Shown: in pieces, positions 29,867 to 40,028 of the stretch
Position numbering within the stretch: the first letter of the stretch is position 1
How the letters are laid out: every line of letters starts with the position of its first letter
NCBI GenBank assembly: GCA_023665755.1
Contig: JAMPDF010000001.1
Coordinates: 344,181-408,180 of the forward strand
Length of the DNA stretch: 64,000 bases
DNA from: Prevotella sp.
GTDB lineage: Bacteria > Bacillota_I > Bacilli_A > ML615J-28 > CAG-313
Direction: 5' to 3'
Made by a program: the position numbers and the translations under genes
The notes under the pieces: generated by a model
Told to the model about the DNA's origin: nothing
What the model saw: only the letters and a program-made list of their open reading frames with translations
Database searches by the model: none

Positions 29867-30076
29867 TCACATTTCGTAAACGTTTTGCCCTTCAACATGA
29901 TTTTTCATTTCTTCCTTTAATTTGTCATATGCTTTACTATGAATGTCATAGGATAAATCATATAGCTCATTGCTTTTAGCATTTCGTAGTCTATCTCTGA
30001 CTATTTTCTTTGAATTGATGCCGTCTTTGCAGAGCGTTTGAATTATCCAGTCTAGTGTTATTTTTTCTTCATTCAT
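29867..30076 (-). CDS. Hypothetical small protein.
   Basis: 69 aa ORF in the early array. Confidence 0.3.
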   Translation of the reverse strand: MNEEKITLDWIIQTLCKDGINSKKIVRDRLRNAKSNELYDLSYDIHSKAYDKLKEEMKNHVEGQNVYEM

Positions 30077-30251
30077 TTTTATTACCTTCTTTTATTTTAT
30101 CTTTGCAATTATATTGTGGCAAAATATGTTCAATATCTTTTAAGCAGCATTTTACCCATCCAAGTCTATCTAGAAAGCCACTATATTTACAAGTGTAGCA
30201 ACTACTTTTTTTAAATTGTTCTTTAGTCATTTTTTCTCCTTTATTGGGCAT
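30069..30251 (-). CDS. Small Cys-containing protein.
   Basis: 60 aa. CYTCKY..CC motif. Confidence 0.3.
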   Translation of the reverse strand: MPNKGEKMTKEQFKKSSCYTCKYSGFLDRLGWVKCCLKDIEHILPQYNCKDKIKEGNKNE

Positions 30252-30526
30252 CCTATCGGATGAATTTCACTTAAACTATATCTTTTTCTAATTTCGTTTA
30301 ATCCTTCATAAAATTCAGGATATTCTGTGCAAGGATTGTGTGGATTGCAATTATGTTTTAAATTAAAATCTGCAATATATAACTTTTCTTCTTCCAAATA
30401 TAACGTATATGAAGTATTATTTAACTCCTGTTGTAAACTATTTATTAAATTAACGTTAGAAAGGTAAGAATCTAGCATTTTAGGTTTAAATACATTAATT
30501 ACATTAACTTCGCTTTCTTTTTTCAT
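30227..30526 (-). CDS. Hypothetical protein.
   Basis: 99 aa ORF. Confidence 0.3.
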   Translation of the reverse strand: MKKESEVNVINVFKPKMLDSYLSNVNLINSLQQELNNTSYTLYLEEEKLYIADFNLKHNCNPHNPCTEYPEFYEGLNEIRKRYSLSEIHPIGCPIKEKK

Positions 30527-30546
30527 TCTTTAATGACACTATCCTT

Positions 30547-30999
30547 TTATCCACCAAAATATAGCCACCATTTAGCAGTTTTGCTTTCTAAGATATTCTT
30601 TTTTAAATTCTTAATTTCTTCTCGATTACTTAAAAATACACTTATTTGTGTTTGAACTAGTTCATTTGATTTTAGTTCTGGATAAAGTTGTATTAAAGTA
30701 ATTGTAGATTCGTTGTTAAATTGGTCATACACATCACTTTCCCAATTCATATATTCTTTTACAATCACTTTTAATTCTTCATCGATAACCATGTTTTCTT
30801 CTTCTAATATTTCTATTTGTTGCTGATAAACTTTTTCATAAATAATATCATTTATACAAAAACCTATAAGCGCTATCAACAAAAACATAATAAATCCAGA
30901 TATCATAATACCACCTATAAACCCATCAACATCTTTAAAATATAATATCGTAGACACAATAAGTAAAATTAAAAATAAAATAAATAATACTATTAACAT
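30547..30999 (-). CDS. Membrane protein (two TM helices).
   Basis: 150 aa. Confidence 0.35.
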   Translation of the reverse strand: MLIVLFILFLILLIVSTILYFKDVDGFIGGIMISGFIMFLLIALIGFCINDIIYEKVYQQQIEILEEENMVIDEELKVIVKEYMNWESDVYDQFNNESTITLIQLYPELKSNELVQTQISVFLSNREEIKNLKKNILESKTAKWWLYFGG

Positions 31000-31013
31000 T
31001 TTCTCCTCCTTAT

Positions 31014-31196
31014 CTATTTAATATTTACATATAATATCCAAATCGTTATAATTACAAAAACAAATATTAAGTCTGCAATTAATACAGCCCACAATTCTCG
31101 TACATCATCTATTGCAAATGTAACCATTAATATAATCAATCCTAATAATACTGTACTAATTATTGATAGTGCTAACATTTTAAATTTTTCTCCCAA
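31014..31196 (-). CDS. Small two-TM membrane protein.
   Basis: 60 aa. Confidence 0.3.
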   Translation of the reverse strand: MGEKFKMLALSIISTVLLGLIILMVTFAIDDVRELWAVLIADLIFVFVIITIWILYVNIK

Positions 31197-31205
31197 AATC
31201 TCATT

Positions 31206-31508
31206 TTAAGCCTCTTTTTTATTCCATATTTTTTTCGTAATAACCTCTGTTTTAAGTTCTAAAACTACTTCATATGGTTGATCATAAAATTCATTTTCTT
31301 GACATTCAGTCAGTCCTTCTTCCCATTCTAATGCAAAGTATCTATCATCTATTTTAAAAATTGTTGTTGCTTCTCTAGTCCAACTTCCATTTTCACCGTA
31401 TATAGTTTCTTCCTCTGCAAATTGCCAAGTTAAATCGCTTAATTCTTCTTCAGTAAATTCTTCACCATTATCAAATTTTTCTAAAAACCTTTTTTCATTA
31501 TATGTCAT
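31206..31508 (-). CDS. Acidic hypothetical protein.
   Basis: 100 aa. Confidence 0.35.
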   Translation of the reverse strand: MTYNEKRFLEKFDNGEEFTEEELSDLTWQFAEEETIYGENGSWTREATTIFKIDDRYFALEWEEGLTECQENEFYDQPYEVVLELKTEVITKKIWNKKEA

Positions 31509-32074
31509 TATACTATTTCCTCCTTAAGGGTATATTTAAAATATTTTTCAATTTCACTTCTTACTTTTTTAATACCTTCCTGATATGCTAATTCATAGCT
31601 TTCATAATAATAATCCTTATTATCAATTACATAAGAATTTGATTTAATATCACCTTGATATCTATAAATATCTAATCCTACTATAGTACCAAAATAATTT
31701 ATTTGATAATTATATTTTCCTTCTTCTATCTTCAAAATTGGGTCTCTACTAAAATTTTTTCTTTGAGCCTTACAAAATTTATTTAAATCTTCATCACTAG
31801 TTAAACAACTTTTTAAAAATTCTTTATTAATAAAATCAGAATTTTCAATATCTGAAAAATTATAATATGATACAACTTCCAAATAAAAATAATTAAAAGT
31901 AGTAGGGATTATCTTTTTCGCTATGTCAATCTTTTCATCTATAGTGATTTCTTTTGTTTTATCAATTTCTTGAAGTTGATTTTTTAATTCTTCTATTTCT
32001 TTTTTTAATTGATTATTTTCATTCATAGCATTTTCTAATTCTGCTAAAATATATTCATCTATTGTTTTTATCAT
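31508..32074 (-). CDS. Hypothetical protein with an N-terminal coiled-coil.
   Basis: 188 aa. Confidence 0.35.
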   Translation of the reverse strand: MIKTIDEYILAELENAMNENNQLKKEIEELKNQLQEIDKTKEITIDEKIDIAKKIIPTTFNYFYLEVVSYYNFSDIENSDFINKEFLKSCLTSDEDLNKFCKAQRKNFSRDPILKIEEGKYNYQINYFGTIVGLDIYRYQGDIKSNSYVIDNKDYYYESYELAYQEGIKKVRSEIEKYFKYTLKEEIV

Positions 32075-32086
32075 TTTTTCACCTCT

Positions 32087-32308
32087 TTATAATCTACTAG
32101 CGAAATCTTTCCAACGAATTTTTATTTCATTTTCAGTTCCGTTTTCCATATGCTTTTTACAATCATCACATACACGACGATCATTAAATTCTTTTACTTT
32201 ATACATAAAGCTATCCCAGTCAATGATGCCACATTTTTGACATTGAGATAATCCTTCTCCATTTGCCTTTTCAAATATGTATTTATTCATTTTCTTCAAC
32301 CCATACAT
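32087..32308 (-). CDS. Small zinc-ribbon protein.
   Basis: 73 aa. CQKC..CDDC. Confidence 0.35.
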   Translation of the reverse strand: MYGLKKMNKYIFEKANGEGLSQCQKCGIIDWDSFMYKVKEFNDRRVCDDCKKHMENGTENEIKIRWKDFASRL

Positions 32309-32945
32309 ATTGCCAACTTTGAGGGGCTTTTGCCATCCTTAATTTTGGACATAAACCAAAATCACAATAACCATCATCACCTAATATAGAATTGCCATGT
32401 GCATATAAACAATTATTGTCGTCACAACCATTAGATTCTAATTTATCTTTTATGACTTCATAATTATTTTTATAAAAATCATCCAATTCCATTGGTTCAT
32501 TGAATATTTGCAAATCATCTATGTGCCAAGCGAAAAATGGTTTATCGATGCCCACATAATTGTAAATTTCATTTTTTGTTAGTTGACAATCGTTTAAAAA
32601 CTCAGGATCTGGACTCGAATATTTAGAATTAAATGTTTCTCTTATTCTATTTAGCGTAAATTTAGCAACAACTTTGCCATTAAAATTTGCAGTTCTATAA
32701 GATGCATTTTCATCTTCGTAAGCACAGAATGATGTTGCATATCCAAATCCAGAAAGTGGCATATCATTATAATCGCTTTCAGCATAATATCCATATAAGA
32801 ATGGTTTACTCTTACAACAATATAAGTACACATCTATGGGGAAATCACATTTAGGCATTGTTTTTCTAATCTCAATTGTTTTTTTGCCGTTCAATATGTC
32901 TACCAAATATTGTGGTTGAATACTCATTAATATTGCTTGTTTCAT
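32283..32945 (-). CDS. ASCH (PUA-like) domain protein.
   Basis: The N-terminus MKQAILMSIQPQYLVDILNGKKTIEIRK matches the ASCH signature. Confidence 0.5.
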   Translation of the reverse strand: MKQAILMSIQPQYLVDILNGKKTIEIRKTMPKCDFPIDVYLYCCKSKPFLYGYYAESDYNDMPLSGFGYATSFCAYEDENASYRTANFNGKVVAKFTLNRIRETFNSKYSSPDPEFLNDCQLTKNEIYNYVGIDKPFFAWHIDDLQIFNEPMELDDFYKNNYEVIKDKLESNGCDDNNCLYAHGNSILGDDGYCDFGLCPKLRMAKAPQSWQYVWVEENE

Positions 32946-33203
32946 TTATTCCTCCTTTGTCTCTTCTTTGTAATGAATTGTTAATATTAAATTTCTCCAA
33001 TCATTAAATATTGGGCTTGTTGCAAATGTTATCTCACTTCCAACTTCATGAGCATCATATATTTCAGTTTTTCTATCAAAAGTAATATATTGTGATCGAT
33101 AATTTTTATTTGTGACTTTTATTTCTTCTTCAGTGATTATTACTTCATAACCACTTTCTTCAAGTTTTTGCTGATATTTATTCATACTTTTTCTCCTTTT
33201 CAA
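32946..33203 (-). CDS. Hypothetical protein.
   Basis: 85 aa. Confidence 0.3.
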   Translation of the reverse strand: MKRRKSMNKYQQKLEESGYEVIITEEEIKVTNKNYRSQYITFDRKTEIYDAHEVGSEITFATSPIFNDWRNLILTIHYKEETKEE

Positions 33204-33204
33204 T

Positions 33205-33636
33205 CTATTCTTTCATCAGTTCCTCAATACTGTATGGATCATTGTCTTCACATTTAATAAATTGGAATAATGACTTAAATGGAACACCACTAACATTGTT
33301 GTTCATAAATGACCATATACCATCATCCATTTTTTTATAAGGCTTCTTTTCATATGCATACAATTTACCATTTTCGTCTCTAGCAAGCCATTTAAAATCT
33401 TTAACCATATTTTTTAAAATAATTTTCTCATCTTCACTAAGTTGTAGTTTAATTTCAGGCACTTCAAATTCTTGTGAAAAATTGATATCAAAAATTTCAC
33501 AATTGCACAAAGAATTATATATACATTTTTCGCACATTACGCTACTATCTCCAGATGATTCTACGCATATTGCCTTTTGGGATTCTTGCAATAATTCCAT
33601 TTCTTCCAATGTAAAATCAATTAGTCTTTTTTTCAT
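33205..33636 (-). CDS. Hypothetical Cys-rich protein.
   Basis: 143 aa. CVESSGDSSVMCEKCIYNSLCNCE. Confidence 0.35.
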   Translation of the reverse strand: MKKRLIDFTLEEMELLQESQKAICVESSGDSSVMCEKCIYNSLCNCEIFDINFSQEFEVPEIKLQLSEDEKIILKNMVKDFKWLARDENGKLYAYEKKPYKKMDDGIWSFMNNNVSGVPFKSLFQFIKCEDNDPYSIEELMKE

Positions 33637-33648
33637 TTTTTTTCCTTT

Positions 33649-34554
33649 CTATTTATCTTTAAAATCAAAAATAGTAGTTTGATTTCTTAAACGATAACCT
33701 ATTCGCCTGTATTCATCATATATTGGTTTCCAAATTACTTCACATTGCTTTCTTTCTGCAGGAAGCAATTCCGCCATTACATCTAATTGATGTTGTAAAT
33801 CTAAAGAATATGGACAACCTTTACATCCTGTTCTTTTAAAATTAAAAGGCGGATAATAAAGCCTGCACAATTCAATTTCATACTTTTCAATAAACCAATC
33901 TTCCCATTCTGAAGAACAAACTAGTAATGGATGGAATCTAACAACTTTATTTCCTCTTGTCATAATGCAGTTTACTAAATTTGCCCTTTGACCACCTTCT
34001 TCAGCAAGCATACCAGTCATTGCAATTGTTTTACCGTTCATTTTTTCCCATTTATGAACGATATCCTTCTTAAGTCGATAACAACATTTATCAGATAACT
34101 TGATTTTAAAATCTTTTGAATATTGATATAATAAACTTTTTGGGCAAGCAAATTTAGATTTACCTGTCATTTCTTTGTAATAAAGAACAAATTTTGCCCT
34201 ACTTCCTTTTTGCCATTCACCAACTTTTAAAGAATGTTCTTTGCTTTTAAAAGGATATCCTTCTTTCTCAAGCATTTGCTTGATATTCACACCTGAATTA
34301 ATTATTTGAATGCGACTATCTTTAGATGCTAATTCTTTTACAAAATCAACAACATAGTTGTATTCAATTCCTGTGTTGATGAAAACTCTAGGTATTTTAT
34401 TACCAGGTAATGCGATATCCAAAAGATAATGTAGTACAGTGCTATCTTTTCCTCCACTAAATGAAAGATAGCCATTACTTTCTAAATCGTATTGCTGATT
34501 GATAGATTGTATTTTTTGTATGCGATCTATTTCTAACAATTCATTATCTGTCAT
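33649..34554 (-). CDS. Phosphoadenosine phosphosulfate reductase family (PP-loop ATPase, DndC/IbrA-like) protein.
   Basis: PP-loop SFSGGKDST. C-terminal Cys motifs (CKGCPY). Confidence 0.65.
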   Translation of the reverse strand: MTDNELLEIDRIQKIQSINQQYDLESNGYLSFSGGKDSTVLHYLLDIALPGNKIPRVFINTGIEYNYVVDFVKELASKDSRIQIINSGVNIKQMLEKEGYPFKSKEHSLKVGEWQKGSRAKFVLYYKEMTGKSKFACPKSLLYQYSKDFKIKLSDKCCYRLKKDIVHKWEKMNGKTIAMTGMLAEEGGQRANLVNCIMTRGNKVVRFHPLLVCSSEWEDWFIEKYEIELCRLYYPPFNFKRTGCKGCPYSLDLQHQLDVMAELLPAERKQCEVIWKPIYDEYRRIGYRLRNQTTIFDFKDK

Positions 34555-35054
34555 ACCTCATTCCCCCAACAATCCCAACCATCAACTTGTTGTCTAGCAA
34601 AAAGTTCGATTCGAGGTTCATATGACACTTTTTCAATCATTTGCCTCATTTTTAATGGTTTTTTACTGTGTATTGTTTTTGGTTCATAAAAACCAGTAAC
34701 ACCTTGAGCACGTTTGCCATCGATTAATTTATATGATAATCGCTTAGGAGTTGTAGCAAAAGGGCAATAGTTCACATCTTTTTCTATCTCTTCTTTACAT
34801 TTAGGACAATCATAATACGGGCGAAAATAGCAGTCTTCACCTGTATAATCTTCTAGTCTTTTTGTAGACAAATCAACTTTCATAGGTGTTGATTTATCCA
34901 CTAATTCTTTGATAATCACTAAAGAATCAGTCACTTTAATTAAGTTATTTATCATATTTGACATCTTTTCTTCTTGAGATGCTGATTTTGGAATAATAGA
35001 ATTTGTCTGTGCCAATAGAGCTAAATTTCTTAGTGCTTCTTGATATTTATTCAT
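34551..35054 (-). CDS. Hypothetical protein with a C-terminal Cys4 motif.
   Basis: 167 aa. CPKC..YCP. It overlaps both neighbours. Confidence 0.35.
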   Translation of the reverse strand: MNKYQEALRNLALLAQTNSIIPKSASQEEKMSNMINNLIKVTDSLVIIKELVDKSTPMKVDLSTKRLEDYTGEDCYFRPYYDCPKCKEEIEKDVNYCPFATTPKRLSYKLIDGKRAQGVTGFYEPKTIHSKKPLKMRQMIEKVSYEPRIELFARQQVDGWDCWGNEV

Positions 35055-35335
35055 TTCTCAATTACCTCAACTATCGCATTATAATACATATAGCGTTTGC
35101 CATTTACATGAAATAGGCAATAACTACCGCTATTATCTTCTATGTCAATTTTGCCTTCATATTCTGCAATTAATTCTCCTTGATAATTGTAAATACGTAC
35201 AATTCTATCTGTTCCATTGTTTAATTCGCTTGAACAATCTTTTCGCCATCTTTCACAAGACGCACAATTACAACTAACTAAGAAAAAACTACCTAAAATT
35301 GCTGTAATAATAAATATTAATCTTTTATTTTTCAT
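35051..35335 (-). CDS. Small lipoprotein.
   Basis: Signal peptide MKNKRLIFIITAILGSFFLVSC with a lipobox. The listed ORF start is probably too far upstream. Confidence 0.4.
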   Translation of the reverse strand: MKNKRLIFIITAILGSFFLVSCNCASCERWRKDCSSELNNGTDRIVRIYNYQGELIAEYEGKIDIEDNSGSYCLFHVNGKRYMYYNAIVEVIEK

Positions 35336-35342
35336 TTCCTCA

Positions 35343-35480
35343 CCTACTCCACATACAATGGCAAATTCCATCTCTTGCCATTGATAAAGATATATTTAGC
35401 TCTATCAGAATGCGTGCTTACTGTCATTTTGGTTAGATCAAAGTAAGCGAGTGCTTCTTTGTAGTTATTAATTTTTTTCA
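35343..35480 (-). CDS. Small protein (45 aa) that was not in the ORF track.
   Basis: ATG preceded by GAGGAGG. It overlaps the stop of the replisome organizer gene. Confidence 0.3.
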
Positions 35481-36355
35481 TCTTCTTCCTCCTCGTAGCC
35501 AAGCATTTCCTCTATGCTTGTATTTTTTTTATTTTCCAACGACTCAAGCCGTTGTAATCCGTTTTGTATGGATGCTTTAAAATAAGCGAATTTGTCGTCT
35601 ATATCTTTTTTGTCTTTCATTTGATTTATTGTATATTTAATTGCAGAAATAATTTTGTTGTATCGATAATGTGTAGCAATTTCAGCTAAGAAATTGTCAT
35701 ATTCAACTATATCAATGTCATATATTGAAATGAAATTATTACTGACTAGCATATTTGTGTAGTAATTTAAAACAGGCTTTCCTGGTATGTTATTTTTGCC
35801 TTTTTTATCTATATTTATCTTATTTATCTTTTTACTTTTACTTTGTTCATTATTGCATACATTAATTGAGTTATTGTCAACAATAACTGGGTTATTGCAT
35901 ACATTAACTGTTTTTTTGGGCGCGTTTAAAGGGGATGAATTCTCAGTACAAAATTTTTTATCATCCAATAGATTGTACTTGTCTATCACTGAGTCAGCTC
36001 TTCGCTTGGTAGACATGAGGTATTGCTTCTGAATCGAAACCGCAGTTATAACGTTGTCACGTACCAGGCTTTTATCAAATAAGTCGCACTGCACACAACA
36101 ATGAATTACTTGTTGGATCTTATTCAGGGAGACAAATTGTTTCTTTCCGTTTATTTCTTTCATTAGTAATATAGCTAAATCATCGATACTCATCTCGAGA
36201 TAATAGCCTTGCTCATAGATTAAGCACAAAATCAAGATATAAACGTATACTCCAACTGCTCCATGCTGAAATTGAAGCTTTATAATTTTTTCATCTTTTC
36301 TAAACGCAACGTCGAGCGGAAAATAACAAAGTCCTTTTTTCGTTGGTCTAGCCAT
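35468..36355 (-). CDS. Phage replisome organizer (Lin1244/Lin1753-like N-terminal domain, DnaD-related).
   Basis: The N-terminus MARPTKKGLCYFPLDVAFRKDEKIIKLQFQHG is typical of the family. Confidence 0.55.
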   Translation of the reverse strand: MARPTKKGLCYFPLDVAFRKDEKIIKLQFQHGAVGVYVYILILCLIYEQGYYLEMSIDDLAILLMKEINGKKQFVSLNKIQQVIHCCVQCDLFDKSLVRDNVITAVSIQKQYLMSTKRRADSVIDKYNLLDDKKFCTENSSPLNAPKKTVNVCNNPVIVDNNSINVCNNEQSKSKKINKINIDKKGKNNIPGKPVLNYYTNMLVSNNFISIYDIDIVEYDNFLAEIATHYRYNKIISAIKYTINQMKDKKDIDDKFAYFKASIQNGLQRLESLENKKNTSIEEMLGYEEEEDEKN

Positions 36356-36364
36356 ATGTTTCTC

Positions 36365-37069
36365 CTATTCAGGACAGACCCAAACAGGACATCCTGAAAT
36401 TTTTTGAATTTCTGTTTTAAATCTTTTTGCATCTGAATTTCCATTTGATAGATGCAGCAAATAGATTTCTTTTATTTTAGAAACGTCTTGTTCAACAATA
36501 AATTTTTTGACGTTTTCTAATTCAAAGTGGGATTTAAATAATCGTTTTGCCATTACATTGGTCAATTTCCCACTTTCTATATTTTTTTTAGCGATATCAT
36601 GTGCATAATTGCACTCAATCATCAAGTAATTAATTTGATCAAATCTATTCTTGATGTAATAAGTATCAGTTGCAAATAACAACGTTTTATTTGTTACCCT
36701 GCTTTTCAAATAATACCCAACAGGTTCTGCGGCATCATGTTCTGTTGCAAAAGGAATAACATCAAATGTACCAATGATGTATTTTTGGTTTGCTTTGATT
36801 ACTTTTGCATAGTTTTTAAACTGTTCACAATCAAAGTTATCAAATGTTCCTTGCGTTGCATATACTTCTTTGCAATTCTTTAACAATTTAACCAGTGATT
36901 TAGCATGATCCATGTGTTCGTGTGTGACTAGGCAGGCATCAAAGTCTAACCTAGTCTTTTCACGAATTTTATTTAAAGGTATGCCACATTCAAGCAGTAA
37001 AGTTGTTTTTCCGTCAGTGACAGAGTAACAATTGCCTTTACTGCTTGATGCAAAACTTTCTATCCACAT
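36365..37069 (-). CDS. MBL-fold metallo-hydrolase (putative recombination nuclease).
   Basis: HxHxDH motif VTHEHMDHAKSL. It is adjacent to RecT. Confidence 0.65.
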   Translation of the reverse strand: MWIESFASSSKGNCYSVTDGKTTLLLECGIPLNKIREKTRLDFDACLVTHEHMDHAKSLVKLLKNCKEVYATQGTFDNFDCEQFKNYAKVIKANQKYIIGTFDVIPFATEHDAAEPVGYYLKSRVTNKTLLFATDTYYIKNRFDQINYLMIECNYAHDIAKKNIESGKLTNVMAKRLFKSHFELENVKKFIVEQDVSKIKEIYLLHLSNGNSDAKRFKTEIQKISGCPVWVCPE

Positions 37070-38013
37070 TAGAAATATCCATTTCTTTGAGGCGCTTGTT
37101 GTTTTGGAGCAGTAGCTTCTGTATATGCTTTTAAAATATCCTCATTTTCGCCCATTTTTGGCTTTTCTTCTTCGACATTATTAGTTTTATCAAACGTTAG
37201 CATTTCGGCTTTATTTGCCTTATTTTCGACCTCGTTTCGCACTTCTTGAGCAGTTGATTCAACAAAATCTTGGTTTTGCATTTCGTATATCTCATCTTCA
37301 TTCTTAATAAGTGTTTCTGCAAGTAAGTCATCATCGTTTGACGTTTGAAGAATCATTTTGATCAAACGATTAATTGCTGTTCTCTTCATAAATTCACCTT
37401 CAAAATCTGTGTGATCTCTCTTATTACCCTTACTTGGATTTTTGAGCCAGGATTCTTTGATTTCAGATATCGTCATAACAGCACTTCTTTCAATTCCGTT
37501 TACAGTAACTGTTGCATACGCTCCTACACGTTTTCCTTTTAACTTGTTCTCCCAGCTTGTTTTGTGTGACAAAATAATTTCTTCGCCTAATTCGTTATGA
37601 TCCAGTTCTACTTCGTCACCTTCATAGATAATCGTTCCAATTGGCTCATTTTCAATTCCTTTTAATCTTTTGATGGAAGAACATTTGCCAAAATAGGATG
37701 TGTACCAACCAAGTTTATTGCCATATACGATGAAATACCCTTGTTTTTTCACAGGATTTAAGCCAAGAATTGCCATTTCTAAAAGAGAATTAACAACACT
37801 TTCTTTGGTGCAGACTTCTAAAGCTGGTCTACCATTGTTATCTTTCGTGTCTTGAATAATTAGCCAAGCAGAAGATAAAGCATTACCTGCAGAATAATTT
37901 TTAGGAAGGTCGAGCTTTCCTTGATTTGTTAGCTCAACAATTCTATTTAATACTTTTTCTGCTGGCGTTTTTTCCACTAATACTTGGTTTTGATTTTGTG
38001 TTTGAACTTGCAT
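37069..38013 (-). CDS. RecT-family single-strand annealing protein.
   Basis: 314 aa. Block SAWLIIQDTKDNNGRPALEVCTKESVVNSLLEMAILGLNPVKKQGYFIVYGNKLGWYTSYFG resembles the RecT core. Genomic context also fits. Confidence 0.55.
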   Translation of the reverse strand: MQVQTQNQNQVLVEKTPAEKVLNRIVELTNQGKLDLPKNYSAGNALSSAWLIIQDTKDNNGRPALEVCTKESVVNSLLEMAILGLNPVKKQGYFIVYGNKLGWYTSYFGKCSSIKRLKGIENEPIGTIIYEGDEVELDHNELGEEIILSHKTSWENKLKGKRVGAYATVTVNGIERSAVMTISEIKESWLKNPSKGNKRDHTDFEGEFMKRTAINRLIKMILQTSNDDDLLAETLIKNEDEIYEMQNQDFVESTAQEVRNEVENKANKAEMLTFDKTNNVEEEKPKMGENEDILKAYTEATAPKQQAPQRNGYF

Positions 38014-38015
38014 TT

Positions 38016-40016
38016 TTACTTAACCTCCATTTGTAGTTCTTTTTCGTTTTCTTTAACATATAATTTAATGAGTTGTGTATTTTCCAATTCATCAAATTTA
38101 GTCACACTTTCTGCGTTATCTATAAATATTGGAGCAATCGTTCCCTCAACTTTTTGCAAAGTTTTTATAATATCTAAACCAGCATTGATTTTTGCAGCAT
38201 TATTCGCATCATCAAATGGTACACCATCAATAGTGGCATAACATACTTCTTCATATCCACCATTAATTTGCTCTCTAAACATTGTGAAATTAACTTTGGT
38301 GAATAATTTGTTGACATCTTGTTCGATTAACTTCACTTTTTCTTTTAGGAATGATTCACATAGGTTTACTTTAACTATTGCTTGATTGTATTCATTAGAT
38401 AGTTGTTTTTGCTCCTGTTGTAATTCATTAATACGCTTTCTATTCGCAATATTGCTTTCATATCTAGATTTTCTGCCATAGTAGTCATCTAGTTTTTTGC
38501 TTTCTTGCATAATCGTTAAAGCTATATCTCCTGCGGAAGATGATTCACTCATCAATTGTTGCTTTTCTTCTCTTTTAGCAGCGATTTGATATTGAAGATG
38601 AATAATTTCATCTGTTGTTGACTTGAGGCATTGATTCTTTGCTTGCTCAAGTCTTTCTTCTGCTATAGTTAATTCTTGTTGCATTTCGCTAATTTTCGAT
38701 TGCATATTTATTGCTTCGATTTCATAGCTTCTTAAAGATAACTTTGAATTATTCAACTCATTTTGTATATTTCCATACTCAACTTTTAATTGCTTACCAT
38801 TTTCAATCGCTTTCTGTAATTTGTTCGCCTTGTCTAGGTTGAACATTTCTTTTGCGTGTTCAACTTGTTCTTGTGGCAATGCTTGTCCACAGGTAGGGCA
38901 AACTGTTTCGCCATTAAATACTGCGCCATCTATTTCAGCACATCTTTGATATGCTGTTTCAATAAGCTTGTCAAGATCTAAGATGCGTTCTTCTTGTCTT
39001 GATATAAGTGTTTCTGTATCTACCTTTTTCACCCCTATAGCTAATTTTTCGCCTTTTTTAAATTGAAGCGTTGTGGATAGATTTTGAACTTCTTCTTGAA
39101 GTTCTTTTAGTTTTGCACCATCATTTTCCATTTTCACTAATTTGGCTTGATGCAACTTTTCTTCTAACGCCAAAATTTCGCCATCTATCGCTTTTAATAT
39201 TGCAAGGTTAGTCTTTGTGTTCCTTTGCTCTTGAAGTTCCAAAATATAGTCTTTTTGGGCTTGAATTAACGTTTTAACGTCTTCTAAGCCACTTATATCG
39301 TCTTCCTCAGTTTCTGTATTGATCATAGATTGCAATTCTTCTATTTTGTATCCATAGGAAGGAATTTGCTTATTTGCTGTAGAAGCTGCTGCTTTGTATT
39401 TAGCTGTCAATTCTTCAATACTTAGCACTTTCAATTCCTCCAACAAAGGATACAAAGATGAATTTTTTTCTACTACATCTAAATTGGATACATCAGGAAT
39501 AGCCTTAAGCAACACCTCACGTTTTGTCTTTTTATCCATTTTGTTAAAGTAAAATGGGGCAGTGAGCATTTTGAAGGTATCTTCAGAACATAACTTGTCT
39601 ACTTCTTGTTGATATTCTTTTAACAATTTGGGCGCACCATCTTTAAAATAAGATGTTTCATGCCCTGTAAATGTGCTTTGTGTTTCACCGCGTTTTTTGG
39701 TGTATTTTTCACGTAGCACTTTTTTTAATTCCACATCGTAAGTTAACAATCCATCATCAACAGTGAATACAGCAGATACTGAATAATCAACATTGTGCAA
39801 GACATTGCCATTTGCATCAATTGGCTTAATGCTAAAATCGCTTGCCCCATTGCTGTTTTTGTTGAAAAGTAGCCAAAGGAATGCATCGACAATAGTTGTT
39901 TTACCTGTTGCATTGTCACCATAAAAGTTAACTGATTGATTTGCAAAATCGAAGGTTCTCTTTTTTATTCCTTTAAAATTCTGCAAAGTTAGATTTTTTA
40001 TTGTTATTTTTTTCAT
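38016..40016 (-). CDS. AAA ATPase with a long coiled-coil (SbcC/Rad50/RecN-like).
   Basis: Walker A GDNATGKTT at the N-terminus. About 350 aa of coiled-coil. ABC-signature-like C-terminus. Confidence 0.6.
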   Translation of the reverse strand: MKKITIKNLTLQNFKGIKKRTFDFANQSVNFYGDNATGKTTIVDAFLWLLFNKNSNGASDFSIKPIDANGNVLHNVDYSVSAVFTVDDGLLTYDVELKKVLREKYTKKRGETQSTFTGHETSYFKDGAPKLLKEYQQEVDKLCSEDTFKMLTAPFYFNKMDKKTKREVLLKAIPDVSNLDVVEKNSSLYPLLEELKVLSIEELTAKYKAAASTANKQIPSYGYKIEELQSMINTETEEDDISGLEDVKTLIQAQKDYILELQEQRNTKTNLAILKAIDGEILALEEKLHQAKLVKMENDGAKLKELQEEVQNLSTTLQFKKGEKLAIGVKKVDTETLISRQEERILDLDKLIETAYQRCAEIDGAVFNGETVCPTCGQALPQEQVEHAKEMFNLDKANKLQKAIENGKQLKVEYGNIQNELNNSKLSLRSYEIEAINMQSKISEMQQELTIAEERLEQAKNQCLKSTTDEIIHLQYQIAAKREEKQQLMSESSSAGDIALTIMQESKKLDDYYGRKSRYESNIANRKRINELQQEQKQLSNEYNQAIVKVNLCESFLKEKVKLIEQDVNKLFTKVNFTMFREQINGGYEEVCYATIDGVPFDDANNAAKINAGLDIIKTLQKVEGTIAPIFIDNAESVTKFDELENTQLIKLYVKENEKELQMEVK

Positions 40017-40028
40017 GCAAAATTCCTC

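Noticed and set aside
32651-32833. 60 aa ORF nested in the ASCH-domain gene on the same strand but a different frame.
   Set aside because: Entirely internal to a longer gene with a recognisable domain. No RBS.
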